In this document: positions 47,063-57,461 of the stretch, piece after piece
Layout: each line of letters opens with the position of its first letter
Numbering within the stretch: position 1 is the first letter of the stretch
Assembly (NCBI GenBank): GCA_963667015.2
Contig: CAXXJJ010000004.1
Span: 3,424,001-3,488,000, forward strand
Source: Desulfatiglandales bacterium
GTDB lineage: Bacteria; Desulfobacterota; DSM-4660; Desulfatiglandales; HGW-15
DNA length: 64,000 nucleotides
Reading direction: 5' to 3'
Program-made: the position numbers and the translations under genes
The notes under the pieces: generated by a model
What the model was told of the DNA's origin: nothing
Database searches by the model: none
What the model saw: the letters and a program-made list of their open reading frames with translations, nothing else

Positions 47063-47311
47063 TCAGGCGGATTTTACATTATCCTTCAGCTGAGCGATCT
47101 GTAACCCGAGAGATACACACTGTTTTCCATCCATGCAGCCATTCGCATCTTCGGGCTCAAGATAGGTCTTAAGCTCATGCCCTTCACTTTTAAGGTCTAC
47201 TGCCCATGCATTTCTGTCTGCATCCCACTCTGCGTCGATATCAATGCCGCACTCGCCGATTTCAGGGTAAATATCCCTGATCTTTTGACACAGTTCCTTT
47301 TTGTCATGCAT
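47063..47311 (-). CDS. Small hypothetical protein
   Basis: 82 aa, GGAGG RBS inside upstream gene end; three Cys plus CMDGKQC. Confidence 0.75.
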   Translation of the reverse strand: MHDKKELCQKIRDIYPEIGECGIDIDAEWDADRNAWAVDLKSEGHELKTYLEPEDANGCMDGKQCVSLGLQIAQLKDNVKSA

Positions 47312-47312
47312 C

Positions 47313-47837
47313 TTAACTTCCTCCTTTTTGAGTTATTATTCCTGCCACTGCTTTTCCTTTACCAATTATTCCTTCACGATACCTGAGACACCGGAATTCT
47401 CTGAAAAAATCAAGTAACTCATTATGTTTCAACAGGTAGTCCGGATTGGTCGGCCTTCCGAACTGTGCCTGCTCAGTAATATAAGTCTCATAAACAATTA
47501 TACCATCTGGGCGGAGCCCTTTTTTTATACAGGGGATAAGGGACCTTTGAAGAAAATTGAAACATATAATTACATTATAGCTTTTTTCTTTGATAAAAGA
47601 ATCTTTTTCAAGATCTACCTGATGGGTTGAAATCTCTACGTGTTTTTCCTTTGCCAGCTTCCGGGCACTGTCAATAGCCTCCTGTGAGTTGTCAATTCCC
47701 TCCACCTGAAAACCCAGCGAGGCAAGGTATACGGAATTCCGGCCTCCTCCCATAGCCACATCAAGGACTTTACCCTTTGGGAGCAGCAGGATATTTTCTA
47801 CCAGAAATTCTGATGGAATATTGTTGTGTGTATGCAT
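47313..47837 (-). CDS. Class I SAM-dependent methyltransferase (TehB-like)
   Basis: VLDVAMGGGRNS..LA..GF.V.GID, FNFLQRSL; start approximate. Confidence 0.85.
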   Translation of the reverse strand: MHTHNNIPSEFLVENILLLPKGKVLDVAMGGGRNSVYLASLGFQVEGIDNSQEAIDSARKLAKEKHVEISTHQVDLEKDSFIKEKSYNVIICFNFLQRSLIPCIKKGLRPDGIIVYETYITEQAQFGRPTNPDYLLKHNELLDFFREFRCLRYREGIIGKGKAVAGIITQKGGS

Positions 47838-47860
47838 GATTGCCAAATTTAACATTAGTC

Positions 47861-47886
47861 GGGCAGTCACCCAGGTCTGCCCCTAC
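47861..47886 (-). repeat. REP-like hairpin (GTAG plus GC stem)
   Basis: Minus strand GTAG-GGGCAG-ACCTGGGTGA-CTGCCC in intergenic space. Confidence 0.5.
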
Positions 47887-47901
47887 GGTTAAACAATTGT
47901 T

Positions 47902-49098
47902 TTAGATACTGCTGAAATCAAAACCCTCTTTCAGTATTTCATCCTTTACAGCCGAGACATCTGTTTTCGCTGTCATCAGCCTTGTTATTTTATTAAACAC
48001 CTTTGTGTCTCCCAGCATTATGCAGCCGATAATTCTGTTATCATCAATAACTATCTTTTTGTAGGTGCTCTCATCACTCACGGTCCTGGATTCATATTTG
48101 TTATCCGCATCTATATCTCCGGCAGAAGCAAGATCAATACCAGCAACCTTCAGGGTGTTGGCCATTGTTGTTCCCGCATAAGCTGTTTCAACTCCAGCCA
48201 TGTTTAATCCGGCGATCCTGCCCTGATCCATTGCTGCCGGCCATATACCATAGGGCATCCCGTTAAACTCGGCTACATCCCCGGCTGCATAGATATCCGG
48301 TTTGTTTGTAAGCAGATGCTCATTGATCTTAATTCCCTTATCGCTTTCAAGACCCAGCGGTTCAGCCAGGTCCATGTTGGGCCGCACCCCGGCTGAAAAC
48401 ACAACCATCTGAGCGGGAAGGGTTTCACCTCCCGCAAGACGAACAGCCGTTACTGTATTCTCTCCTTCTATTTCCTCTGTCTTTGCATCAAGCCTGAAGG
48501 TAAATCCCATACCCTCCATTATTGTCTGCAGTCTCTTTGCTCCGTCAACATCAAGCTGTCTCGGCAGCAGACGCGGGAAGAACTCTACAATGGTCACACC
48601 CTTACCCATCTTTCTAAAGGCATTTCCAGCCTCAAGGCCAAGAAGCCCGCCCCCTATAACCACAATATCCTTAACATTACAGGCATAATCCATGATACCC
48701 CTGGCATCACCTATATTCCGTACGGCAAAAACGCCTGTTGTCAGATATCCATTGACAGGTGGCATAAACGAATGACTTCCTGTGGCAATGAGGAGTTTAT
48801 CATATACAAGGGTCTCTCCCTTATCAGTCGCGACGGTCTTATTGTCAGGATCTGCGCCAGTGACCCGTGTATTCAGCCTCAGATCAATATCATTGTCCTC
48901 ATACCATGAGGCCTTTTTGGCCAGGAGGGCATCCTGATCTATATCGCCTGAAATATATTCATTAAGCCTGATCCTGTAATAAAAGGACAGATCTTCATCG
49001 GTTATTATGGTAATCCTGCCGCTGCTGTCGTTCTTTCTGATATTTTCAGCAGCGGTAGTACCTGCCACGCCATTGCCTATTATTATATATTGTGTCAT
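47902..49098 (-). CDS. FAD-dependent NAD(P)H oxidoreductase (NADH:rubredoxin oxidoreductase/NirB-N-terminal-like)
   Basis: IIGNGVAG, LIATGS, VIGGGLLGLEA, YAAGDVAE. Confidence 0.9.
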   Translation of the reverse strand: MTQYIIIGNGVAGTTAAENIRKNDSSGRITIITDEDLSFYYRIRLNEYISGDIDQDALLAKKASWYEDNDIDLRLNTRVTGADPDNKTVATDKGETLVYDKLLIATGSHSFMPPVNGYLTTGVFAVRNIGDARGIMDYACNVKDIVVIGGGLLGLEAGNAFRKMGKGVTIVEFFPRLLPRQLDVDGAKRLQTIMEGMGFTFRLDAKTEEIEGENTVTAVRLAGGETLPAQMVVFSAGVRPNMDLAEPLGLESDKGIKINEHLLTNKPDIYAAGDVAEFNGMPYGIWPAAMDQGRIAGLNMAGVETAYAGTTMANTLKVAGIDLASAGDIDADNKYESRTVSDESTYKKIVIDDNRIIGCIMLGDTKVFNKITRLMTAKTDVSAVKDEILKEGFDFSSI

Positions 49099-49163
49099 CG
49101 TGCTGCCTCCAATGGTGAATTTAAGCCAGTAAATAAATACAGGACATAAATTCTGATTGTCAT

Positions 49164-51641
49164 TTATTTTTTTGCCGGGCTTTTTTTCTTTGAAGCATTA
49201 CCGTTACCGTTATTATCTTTTCCGAATCTTGTAAGCCCCTCTGCAAGGTCCTTTAATTTTTTATCAACAAGGCAGTTGATCGTATCCTTGGGGTATGAGC
49301 CGTCATCCTTTTTTATCCCGGCCTTTTTCCCGGTAAGGATCTCAATGCCTTCGTCAATGGTCTTTACTGAATAGACCTTGAATTTTCCATTCTTTACGGC
49401 ATCCACCACATCTTTTCTGAGCATCAGGTCCTTTACATTTGATTCAGGTATCATTACGCCCTGGCTGCCGGTAAGCCCCTTCCTTTTGCAGCAGTCAAAG
49501 AATCCCTCGATCTTTTGATTTACCCCGCCTATGGGTTGGACCTCACCTTTCTGGTTTACCGAACCGGTGACAGCAATACTCTGTTTTATTGGAACACCCG
49601 AAAGACTGGAAAGGAGTGCGTAAATCTCCGTTGATGATGCACTGTCCCCGTCAACACCGCCATAGGACTGCTCAAACGCTATGCTTGCACTCATTGTCAG
49701 GGGTTTATCCTGGGCATATTTTTCTCTAAGGTAGCCGCCGAGGATGAGAACACCCTTGTTATGGGTGCTTCCTGACATGTCCGACTCCCTTTCGATATTG
49801 ATGATTCCCGCACGGCCCATTGAGGTTGATGCGGTTATTCTTGAAGGCTTTCCAAACATGTAATCGCCAAGGCTGTAGACAGCAAGCCCGTTCACCTGAC
49901 CAACCACTTCACCCTCAATATCAATCATGAGCGTGCCGCGGTCAATCATCTCCTGAAGCTTTTCCTCGGTCATATTGGATCTGTAGATCCTCGATTCAAT
50001 TGCCTTATCAACATGGACATCGGATACGGTCTTCTTTCTGCCCTGAGCCGCCCAGTAGCTCGCCTCCCTGATAATATCTGTAAGCGCTGGAAAACCTGTG
50101 GATATTTTTTCCTGCCTGCCCGACATCCTGACTGCCTGTTCAATAAGGGCCGTCACCCCTTTTTTGTTAAAGGGATTTAGATTCTCCTCTTCAGTTTTCA
50201 TCCTGATGAATTCGGCAAATTTCAATATTGCCTTGTCATCATTATTCATGGACGTATCAAAGTCTGCCCTTACCTTGAATATCTTGGGTATATCCGGATC
50301 CATACTCATGAGCATGTGATAGTAATAGCTTTCGGATATGAGAACCACCTTGACGTCCATGTCCACGGGTTCAGGTTTCAGGCCTGTGGTTGTAAACAGG
50401 TAAAAGGGATCATAGGTCTCTATCTGCATGGCCTGATTTTTAAGCGCCCTTTTCAGTGCCGGCCACACACCCGGTTCACTCGCAGCCTCCAGCAGGTTCA
50501 GCACAAGAAAACCGCCGTTTGCCTTTACAAGAGAGCCCGCCCTTATCTTGCTGAAGTCTGTGCGCCAGACACCGCTCCTGTCCACAACCCTCTCAATGCT
50601 GCCAAAGACATTCTGGTATGAAGGATTGGTCTCGACGATTACAGGAGGTCCTTTCTGGGAGGAATTATCAACAAGGAGATTGACCTTGTATATCTCAAAG
50701 GAATTTCCCTTTGCACCCATAACAGGCAGTCCCGGGATCATTTCCTGCTGCTGACTCATAAAGATCTGAAGGTTCTCACTCATATCCTCAATCATGTCAT
50801 TAAGGAATGCCTCCACCTTTTTATCCTTGTATCTGTTTTTTAATGGTGCAACAAGCTCGTTTGCCATACCGGTAAACAGAACCCTGTCCATCTCTTCGGT
50901 ATTCTGCTGGATCTCCTTCTGCAGGTCTCTCAACTCAAGGAATATCTGATCTATTTCATCCCGGAACACAAGATACTTTTCCTCAAGTTTCTCAAACTCC
51001 TCCTTTGGAAAACGCCCCTTTTCAACCATCTGCTCAATCTGGTCAATACTTGTGGGCTTGCCATCCACAAGGGGCACTACTTCAGGCCTTTTTATCTGGC
51101 CGACTTGGACATCCACCACTGCAAAACCTTCAGCCCTTACCTTCTTATCCAGCTCCTTGAAAAAGCTTTTACCCTTTTTTTCATATTCTTCCAGTATCTC
51201 TTTTTTCCGGTTTATATAATCCTGTCCTTCAAATATCCGGGGTACTTCCCGTTTAAGGGTCTCAATAAAATCATGGACATCCTTTTTGAATTTTTTACCC
51301 TGTCCTGCTTTTAATCTTATAAGCACAGGCGCGTCATTCTTTTTAAAATTGTTTATATAGCACAGGTCATCCGGGATACTGCCGTTTCCATTGGAAATTT
51401 TCTGCAGCAGTTTTTTTACAGTTGCGAGCCTGCCAGTCCCTGACGGGCCTGTCACATAAATATTATAACCCGATCCTTTGATGCCCGCCCCGAAGTTGAA
51501 CGCCTCAACACCTCTTGCCTGGCCTATTATCTCGGTTAATGGTTTGAGTTCATCTGTTGTTTTAAAAGGCAGTTTCTTTGGATCGAGTTTCCTCCTGAGA
51601 TCTGCAACCGCTACTTCCCTGCCTGTTTTTTTCCTGGGCAT
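49164..51641 (-). CDS. Lon-like S16 protease (LonC type)
   Basis: Degenerate Walker A GPSGTGR, GQVNGL, DGDSASSTE (Ser), GGVNQKIEGF (Lys). Confidence 0.92.
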   Translation of the reverse strand: MPRKKTGREVAVADLRRKLDPKKLPFKTTDELKPLTEIIGQARGVEAFNFGAGIKGSGYNIYVTGPSGTGRLATVKKLLQKISNGNGSIPDDLCYINNFKKNDAPVLIRLKAGQGKKFKKDVHDFIETLKREVPRIFEGQDYINRKKEILEEYEKKGKSFFKELDKKVRAEGFAVVDVQVGQIKRPEVVPLVDGKPTSIDQIEQMVEKGRFPKEEFEKLEEKYLVFRDEIDQIFLELRDLQKEIQQNTEEMDRVLFTGMANELVAPLKNRYKDKKVEAFLNDMIEDMSENLQIFMSQQQEMIPGLPVMGAKGNSFEIYKVNLLVDNSSQKGPPVIVETNPSYQNVFGSIERVVDRSGVWRTDFSKIRAGSLVKANGGFLVLNLLEAASEPGVWPALKRALKNQAMQIETYDPFYLFTTTGLKPEPVDMDVKVVLISESYYYHMLMSMDPDIPKIFKVRADFDTSMNNDDKAILKFAEFIRMKTEEENLNPFNKKGVTALIEQAVRMSGRQEKISTGFPALTDIIREASYWAAQGRKKTVSDVHVDKAIESRIYRSNMTEEKLQEMIDRGTLMIDIEGEVVGQVNGLAVYSLGDYMFGKPSRITASTSMGRAGIINIERESDMSGSTHNKGVLILGGYLREKYAQDKPLTMSASIAFEQSYGGVDGDSASSTEIYALLSSLSGVPIKQSIAVTGSVNQKGEVQPIGGVNQKIEGFFDCCKRKGLTGSQGVMIPESNVKDLMLRKDVVDAVKNGKFKVYSVKTIDEGIEILTGKKAGIKKDDGSYPKDTINCLVDKKLKDLAEGLTRFGKDNNGNGNASKKKSPAKK

Positions 51642-51678
51642 ATAACCTCCGTATTTTTTAACTGGAAAATTGAATTTT

Positions 51679-52125
51679 CTACCTGAGCCTTACCTTTACT
51701 CCCCGTTTTTCCTCACCCGAGTATTTTGGCATTATTACCTTTAACAGGCCTTTCTCATAGGTAGCCGCAGCCTTTGAGGCTACAATCCTTTTAGGAATGG
51801 CTATTGATTTTGAAAATGAACTGTATCTGCTTTCATACCGATGATTATCTGCATCTTTATTAACACTATCCTGCCTTATTTCTCCTGAGATTGTCAGAAC
51901 ATTATCGGTGATATCTATTTCAATATCATCCGGATTTATTCCGGGGATTTCCGCCCTGAGGATGATATCCCTGTCCGTTTCCACCAGATCAAAATGAGGT
52001 CTCTTAAGTGTTATGCCCGGACACGATGCCGGGGCAAATTCTCCGAGCATTCTTTCAAGCATGCGATCCATGTCCCTTCGCAGTTTGCCTATTTTCTGCC
52101 TTTTCCAGATAACCAGTTCAGGCAT
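51679..52125 (-). CDS. Hsp20/alpha-crystallin small heat-shock protein
   Basis: AEIPGI..DIEI....LTISGE, ATYEKGLLKV.MPK. Confidence 0.93.
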   Translation of the reverse strand: MPELVIWKRQKIGKLRRDMDRMLERMLGEFAPASCPGITLKRPHFDLVETDRDIILRAEIPGINPDDIEIDITDNVLTISGEIRQDSVNKDADNHRYESRYSSFSKSIAIPKRIVASKAAATYEKGLLKVIMPKYSGEEKRGVKVRLR

Positions 52126-53753
52126 TATTGATCCTCCTTTTTCCAGTATGGATTTACCAGATCTTCAAATATTGCCAGCGCCGCTTCAGATCCATGTCCC
52201 GTTGCTGTAACAATCTGTTTGTACCCGCCTTCAACATCCCCGGCAGAGTAAATTCCCCTGATGTTTGTTCTGTGTCTTGAATCATGCCTTATATAGCCGT
52301 CATCTGTCAATTCCGCACCAATCGCTTTGGCCAGTTCGACTGAAGGGCTGTATCCAATGGAAATAAAGACTCCATCCGCCTTCATGGTGCTGATTTTGCC
52401 GGTGCTGTTATTTAAGAGTTCTATCTTCTCAACCCTGCTCCCGCCCTTTATCTCTTTTATTTCCGTATTGTAGATTACCGGGATTCCGTTAGCCTCCAGG
52501 TTTTTTATCAGATGATCCTGTGCCCTCAACTTATCCCTCCGGTGGACAATGGTTACGTCAACACCGATATTCTTTAAATGGAGTGCCTCGGTAACAGCAC
52601 TGTCCCCTCCCCCTGCCATAATGACCTTTTTACCTTTAAACAAGGGCCCGTCACATGTACTGCAGTAGCTCACCCCGTGGCCCGAAAGCCTGTTTTCTCC
52701 GGGCGCATTAAGCCTTCTATGTACGGCCCCTGTAGCAAGCAGGACGGTTTTTGACTTAAAACGCCGCCTGTTTGTAGTGACGGTAATTGGTTCTCCCGGC
52801 GCAATCTCCATTACCTCTTCACCCGGAAAGATCTTTACGTATTCAAGGGCATGTGAGACCATCAGGTCTACAAGGGCCTTGCCGCCTATCTGTGTAAGGC
52901 CTGGAAAGTTCTCAACAGTAGGTGTGCTTGCCACCTGGCCGCCAAGTGTGTCCCGTTCAATAATTACAGTATTGAGACCGGCCCTTGCCCCGTATATACC
53001 TGCGGTCAGCCCGGCAGGACCGCCTCCGATGATAACAAGATCCGCTTCGACCTCTTCGGCGTCACTCTCCGGGATATAAACATTCTGCTGCTCCAGCTTT
53101 TCAAGGGACAGCATAAAAAGTTCCTCGGGCTGGGCTCCCATTGCTATAAGCTTATCGTTTGCATAAACCTGAGGCACGCTCTGTGCCCCGTACTTTTCTG
53201 CCAGTTCCTGATTCGCCTGAATATCTATTATTTCAACTGAAATAATGTCAGGCCGGGTAATGGCTGCCTTCAGCGCATTTACGGCCTCCTGCGGGCAGTA
53301 AGGTCATGTGGGGCTTACAAAAACCTTTATGTCACGTTTGTCATCAATCCTGTCAAGGACCTTTTTCGCCTCACCCCCCAAACCTGTCTCGCCGTAACCT
53401 ATCATCATGACCGCCTCTGCAAAGGTCTTGGCCTCTTCCCCCAGCGGGGCGCCGTACCACCTGATATTATACCTGTCAGAATCAATCAGCAGTGTTGGAG
53501 AATAGCGTACGTCTCTCTTTTTTGCTTCCTTGTGGCCGGTATCAAACTCCCTGAGTTCAATCCTGGGGGTCAGTTCTCTGAATGCCCTTATTACCTGCCG
53601 GTTACCATTACTGAAGACATCATTCTTTCCTGGGGATGTAAAAAGGATAAGTGAGATATCGTTAGGTATGCTCTTAAACAGATTTTTTACCTGATCCTGT
53701 ACCTGGTCAAGATCAAGTTCTCCTGTATTTTCCTTATTTCCCTTGTCTGTCAT
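52125..53753 (-). CDS. Selenoprotein: AhpF-like fusion of thioredoxin/glutaredoxin-fold domains (UxxC) and thioredoxin reductase, 542 aa
   Basis: ORFs 53304-53753 and 52125-53177 are in one frame separated only by TGA (53304-53306) in FVSPT-U-PYC; reductase part has GGGPAG, CSTCDG, GGGDSA, HRRD. Confidence 0.9.
53264..53298 (-). promoter_or_regulatory. Candidate bacterial SECIS stem-loop immediately 3' of the UGA
   Basis: CTGCC-CGCA...TGCG-CTGAA-GGCAG can pair; position just downstream of the Sec codon. Confidence 0.5.
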
Positions 53754-53939
53754 TTTTCCCTCTTACGATTAGTTAATTTATCAGGGTAAGTTAAGATATA
53801 AAATAAGAAGAAATATTCTAACATCAACACCTGTATCCTCCAAGAGAAAATTTTTTCATATGAGATACATCTTGAAGACGGATCAGGAGTTCTTGACAGA
53901 AGAGTTTATCAGGGTTAACTTCCATCCTTAATTAAAAAA

Positions 53940-56198
53940 ATGAAAGGAATACCGATGATAAAATCCTTTAATGCTGAAACCGCAAAAAATATAATTGAAA
54001 ATAAAAGAAAACTGCTTGGCAGGGGGCTTTCATATGCCGAAAAAATATTGTTTTTACACCAGGCAAAAGACCAGCAGGACATGGTGCTCACTCCCGGCCG
54101 GGACATCATCAGGCTTTACCCGGACCGTGTGGCAATGCAGGATGCAACCGCCCAGATGGCCATGCTCCAGTTTATTCAGGCAGAAAGAAAACAGAGCAGT
54201 GTGGATGCGACCATACACTGTGATCACCTTATAGCGGCAGGAAATGGAAGGGACCCTGACCTTAAGGACGCAGTCTTCACTAACAGGGAAATCTATGATT
54301 TTTTATCCACGTCCGCAGCTAAATTCGGGATTGGTTTCTGGGGACCCGGTTCAGGGATTATTCACCAGGTACTGCTTGAAAACTACGCCATGCCCGGGCT
54401 TTTAATGATAGGGACAGATTCCCATACACCCAACGCCGGGGGAATGGGTATGATAGCAATAGGTGTTGGCGGCGCTGATGCGGCAGAAGTAATGGCAGGA
54501 CTTCACTGGGAAACAACATACCCCTATATAACAGGGGTGAGGCTCAAGGGAAAACTCAGGGACTGGGCAACGGCCAAGGATGTCATATTTGAGATGCTTG
54601 ACCGGTTTACAGTAAAGGGCGGTACAGGTCATATCTTTGAATATTTCGGTGAAGGAGCTGAAGGACTTTCCGTAACTCAAAAGGCTACCATAACCAATAT
54701 GGGGGCTGAACTGGGTGCGACATCATCCATTTTTGTAAATGATGATTCCATGGATGCCTATATGAGAAATGTCGGTCGTACCGAAGATGCAGATCAACTG
54801 AAGGATTTCATGGACATCCTCAGTCAGGATGAAATGTGCATCAACGAACCTGAAAAGATCTATTACAATCTTGTTGAGATTGACCTGGATGAGATAAGGC
54901 CCTCACATTCCGGGCCATTTACTCCTGACAGGATCACAAAGGTGTCGAAATTCGGAAAACTGGTGTCAGACGAAAAATGGCCTGAGGATGTATCTGCAAT
55001 ATTGCTCGGATCATGTACAAACTCATCCTATTCTGATCTTTCCGCAGCCGCCGACATACTGCTTCAGGCAAAGGAGAAGGGCATAAAGGTAAAGGTTCCC
55101 TTTCTGCTTTCTCCGGGATCCATAAGGGTTTATGAGACAATCAAAAGGGACGGCATCCTGGATACACTTACCGACGCAGGTGCAGTAATACTCACGGCTG
55201 CATGCGGGCCCTGCATAGGACAGTGGAACCGGATCGGTGTAAAAAAAGGTGAGTCAAACACGATATTTACAACCTTTAACAGGAATTTCAAGGCAAGAAA
55301 TGACGGGAATCCGGAAACTCTGGCATTTTTAACATCCCCAACCCTTGCGGCGGCAATCGCTGTGTCAGGAAAAACAGGTTTTAATCCGGAGACTGATAAA
55401 CTAACTGCCCAGGATGGAACAGAATTTTTATTGACCGCACCGGATACTGTGCCTTTACCTGAAAGAGGGCTGGTAGAATCCCGGGAGTATTTTATCTCTC
55501 CTGAAGATGCGAATAAATCAGCCGAAATTGTTATCAATCCTGGCTCGGAAAGACTGGAACTCCTGAAACCATTTGATAAATGGGATGGAAACGACTTTAC
55601 AGATCTGCCTATACTGGTAAAGACAAAGGGAAAAACCACGACGGATCATATTTCCCCCGGTGGAAAATGGCTGCGCTTCAGGGGGCATATAACGAACATC
55701 TCAGAAAATATGCTCATGGGAGCGGTTAACGCCTTTACAGATGAAACAGGCCAGGGAACAAATGTCGTTACAGGAGAAACAGGCGTTCCATTTTTCAAAC
55801 TTGCAGGCTTTTACAGGGAAAGCACCGGTGGGTTTGTCATTATAGGCGACGAGAACTATGGTGAAGGTTCAAGCAGGGAGCATGCTGCAATGAGCCCAAG
55901 GTTTATGGGGGCAAGGGCCGTAATTACAAGATCATTTGCAAGAATACATGAGGCAAACCTCAAAAAGCAGGGAATACTTCCCCTTACTTTTATTGATGCA
56001 GGAGATTATGAGAAAATAGAGGAAACCGATAGAGTAAGTCTTGTGGAACTTGAGAGTCTCTCGCCCGGTGTGCCGGTAAAATCTGTCATCACAAAAAAGG
56101 ATGGGGCAAATATCGAACTTATGCTGAACCATACACTCACGGTAGAACAGATTGGATGGTTCAGGGCAGGTTCTGCTCTCAATGCGCTTAAAGATTAA
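53940..56198 (+). CDS. acnA: Aconitate hydratase (mitochondrial-type)
   Basis: DRVAMQDATAQMA, HCDH, GTDSHTPN, GSCTNSS, ACGPCIGQW, FNRNF, TTDHISP, GSSREHAA. Confidence 0.95.
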   Translation: MKGIPMIKSFNAETAKNIIENKRKLLGRGLSYAEKILFLHQAKDQQDMVLTPGRDIIRLYPDRVAMQDATAQMAMLQFIQAERKQSSVDATIHCDHLIAAGNGRDPDLKDAVFTNREIYDFLSTSAAKFGIGFWGPGSGIIHQVLLENYAMPGLLMIGTDSHTPNAGGMGMIAIGVGGADAAEVMAGLHWETTYPYITGVRLKGKLRDWATAKDVIFEMLDRFTVKGGTGHIFEYFGEGAEGLSVTQKATITNMGAELGATSSIFVNDDSMDAYMRNVGRTEDADQLKDFMDILSQDEMCINEPEKIYYNLVEIDLDEIRPSHSGPFTPDRITKVSKFGKLVSDEKWPEDVSAILLGSCTNSSYSDLSAAADILLQAKEKGIKVKVPFLLSPGSIRVYETIKRDGILDTLTDAGAVILTAACGPCIGQWNRIGVKKGESNTIFTTFNRNFKARNDGNPETLAFLTSPTLAAAIAVSGKTGFNPETDKLTAQDGTEFLLTAPDTVPLPERGLVESREYFISPEDANKSAEIVINPGSERLELLKPFDKWDGNDFTDLPILVKTKGKTTTDHISPGGKWLRFRGHITNISENMLMGAVNAFTDETGQGTNVVTGETGVPFFKLAGFYRESTGGFVIIGDENYGEGSSREHAAMSPRFMGARAVITRSFARIHEANLKKQGILPLTFIDAGDYEKIEETDRVSLVELESLSPGVPVKSVITKKDGANIELMLNHTLTVEQIGWFRAGSALNALKD

Positions 56199-56211
56199 TC
56201 AGATTTATTAT

Positions 56212-56808
56212 TTATTTCGTTTTAAAATAATTTAATGTTTCATTCAGCTCATGAAGCTTTTTTTGAAGAGCCGCGACATTTTCACTGTCCGGCTCGACCT
56301 GGCCTTCACCTTCTATTTTTTCCTGTTCAAACTTGCCTAAAAGCTTCATGGCGTCCTGGCCTTTGACCTTTATATCAACTATTTTCTCATTGATAACATC
56401 CAACATATCATTGAAAGCATCCGCTTCCTTAACCAAAAAATCCTTTTTCCTCAGCTTTATTCTGGTGCCCAGTTTCCCGTCACGCACATCCATGAATGTC
56501 AGCATAAAACGGTAGAGGGGCCCGACAAAACGGCCGAACATTCTTATTGAATGGAGCCCTATAACGCTGACCGTTGCGGCAATAACAAGCCATACACGTG
56601 AATGAAGCATCAGTATATTATCAGCAGCAACAGCCCTAACCTCTATACTTAGATTTTGATCATTCACCCTGATAAAATCCGGGACAAAGAGAACTGCAAC
56701 CAGTATACCTGCGATAAGAAGATTATATATAAGAATAACAGCAAGGAACCTGTACTGATGTGATTTGTTAACAATCCGATAAGGATTTCTTTTATCTTTA
56801 AAGGCCAT
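56212..56808 (-). CDS. Two-TM membrane protein with HAMP-like domain
   Basis: Two TMs, then RFVGPLYRF..G.L..RIKLRKKD....ADAFNDM; start reassigned to MAFKDK behind AGGAGG. Confidence 0.75.
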   Translation of the reverse strand: MAFKDKRNPYRIVNKSHQYRFLAVILIYNLLIAGILVAVLFVPDFIRVNDQNLSIEVRAVAADNILMLHSRVWLVIAATVSVIGLHSIRMFGRFVGPLYRFMLTFMDVRDGKLGTRIKLRKKDFLVKEADAFNDMLDVINEKIVDIKVKGQDAMKLLGKFEQEKIEGEGQVEPDSENVAALQKKLHELNETLNYFKTK

Positions 56809-56881
56809 AGCGCCTCCTTTTCCGGCCCCGGATTCAGTAAAGAATAAATCTAAATATTTTTTCTCTGCTGTCTTCATTTTT

Positions 56882-57415
56882 TCAAGGATACTCCGATGCT
56901 ACTCCTTTATAACGACCGTTCTTAGCCCTTATAATATCATCACGGCTTACCACGTCTGTCAGAATCTCCAGACTTTTACCATCTTTCCCCATGCTGTAGA
57001 GATCAAAAGTATCATTAACCGGGACCATATTCTGATCCTGTCTCTTTTTTCCATTTCCTGTGGCAGTGCTGTGATTAAAAAATTGATAGGGGTTTCCCCA
57101 TGGATCAAGAAGTTCATCACTGTAGATCATATCCAAAGTCAACGGAAGGTCACCGTTATCCATCTTCCATGCAAGAATATCTCTTTCCAGGGCACCTATA
57201 TCGGAAACCGCTTTTGTTATTTTTGCCTTTTCAATAAATGAATAGTAGGCTGGAACAGCTATACTGGCAAGGATTCCCATAATAGCAATAACAATGACCA
57301 GTTCTATAAGAGTAAAACCTCTTGAGATTAGCCATGTCAAATTTTTAACAGGTGCGCGGTATTTCATGTTCTTTTGAAAAGATCCAGGAACCATTATATG
57401 GGATAAACAGTTCAT
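56882..57415 (-). CDS. Prepilin-type N-terminal cleavage/methylation protein (pilin/pseudopilin, GspG-like C-terminus)
   Basis: G|FTLIELVIVIAIMGILASIAVP, LDPWGNPY, FDLYSMGKDG; start uncertain (57415 or 57367). Confidence 0.9.
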   Translation of the reverse strand: MNCLSHIMVPGSFQKNMKYRAPVKNLTWLISRGFTLIELVIVIAIMGILASIAVPAYYSFIEKAKITKAVSDIGALERDILAWKMDNGDLPLTLDMIYSDELLDPWGNPYQFFNHSTATGNGKKRQDQNMVPVNDTFDLYSMGKDGKSLEILTDVVSRDDIIRAKNGRYKGVASEYP

Positions 57416-57461
57416 TTCATTAATTAGTTATCAATGTTGCATAATAAACATACAACTACGA

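Noticed and set aside
53304..53753. 149-aa stand-alone ORF and separate 350-aa trxB-like ORF
   Set aside because: Better explained as one selenoprotein with an in-frame UGA
53790..53835. Possible heat-shock (sigma-32/CIRCE) signal upstream of the stress operon
   Set aside because: Only a loose TTGAT..CTTATTT match in AT-rich DNA; no CIRCE inverted repeat
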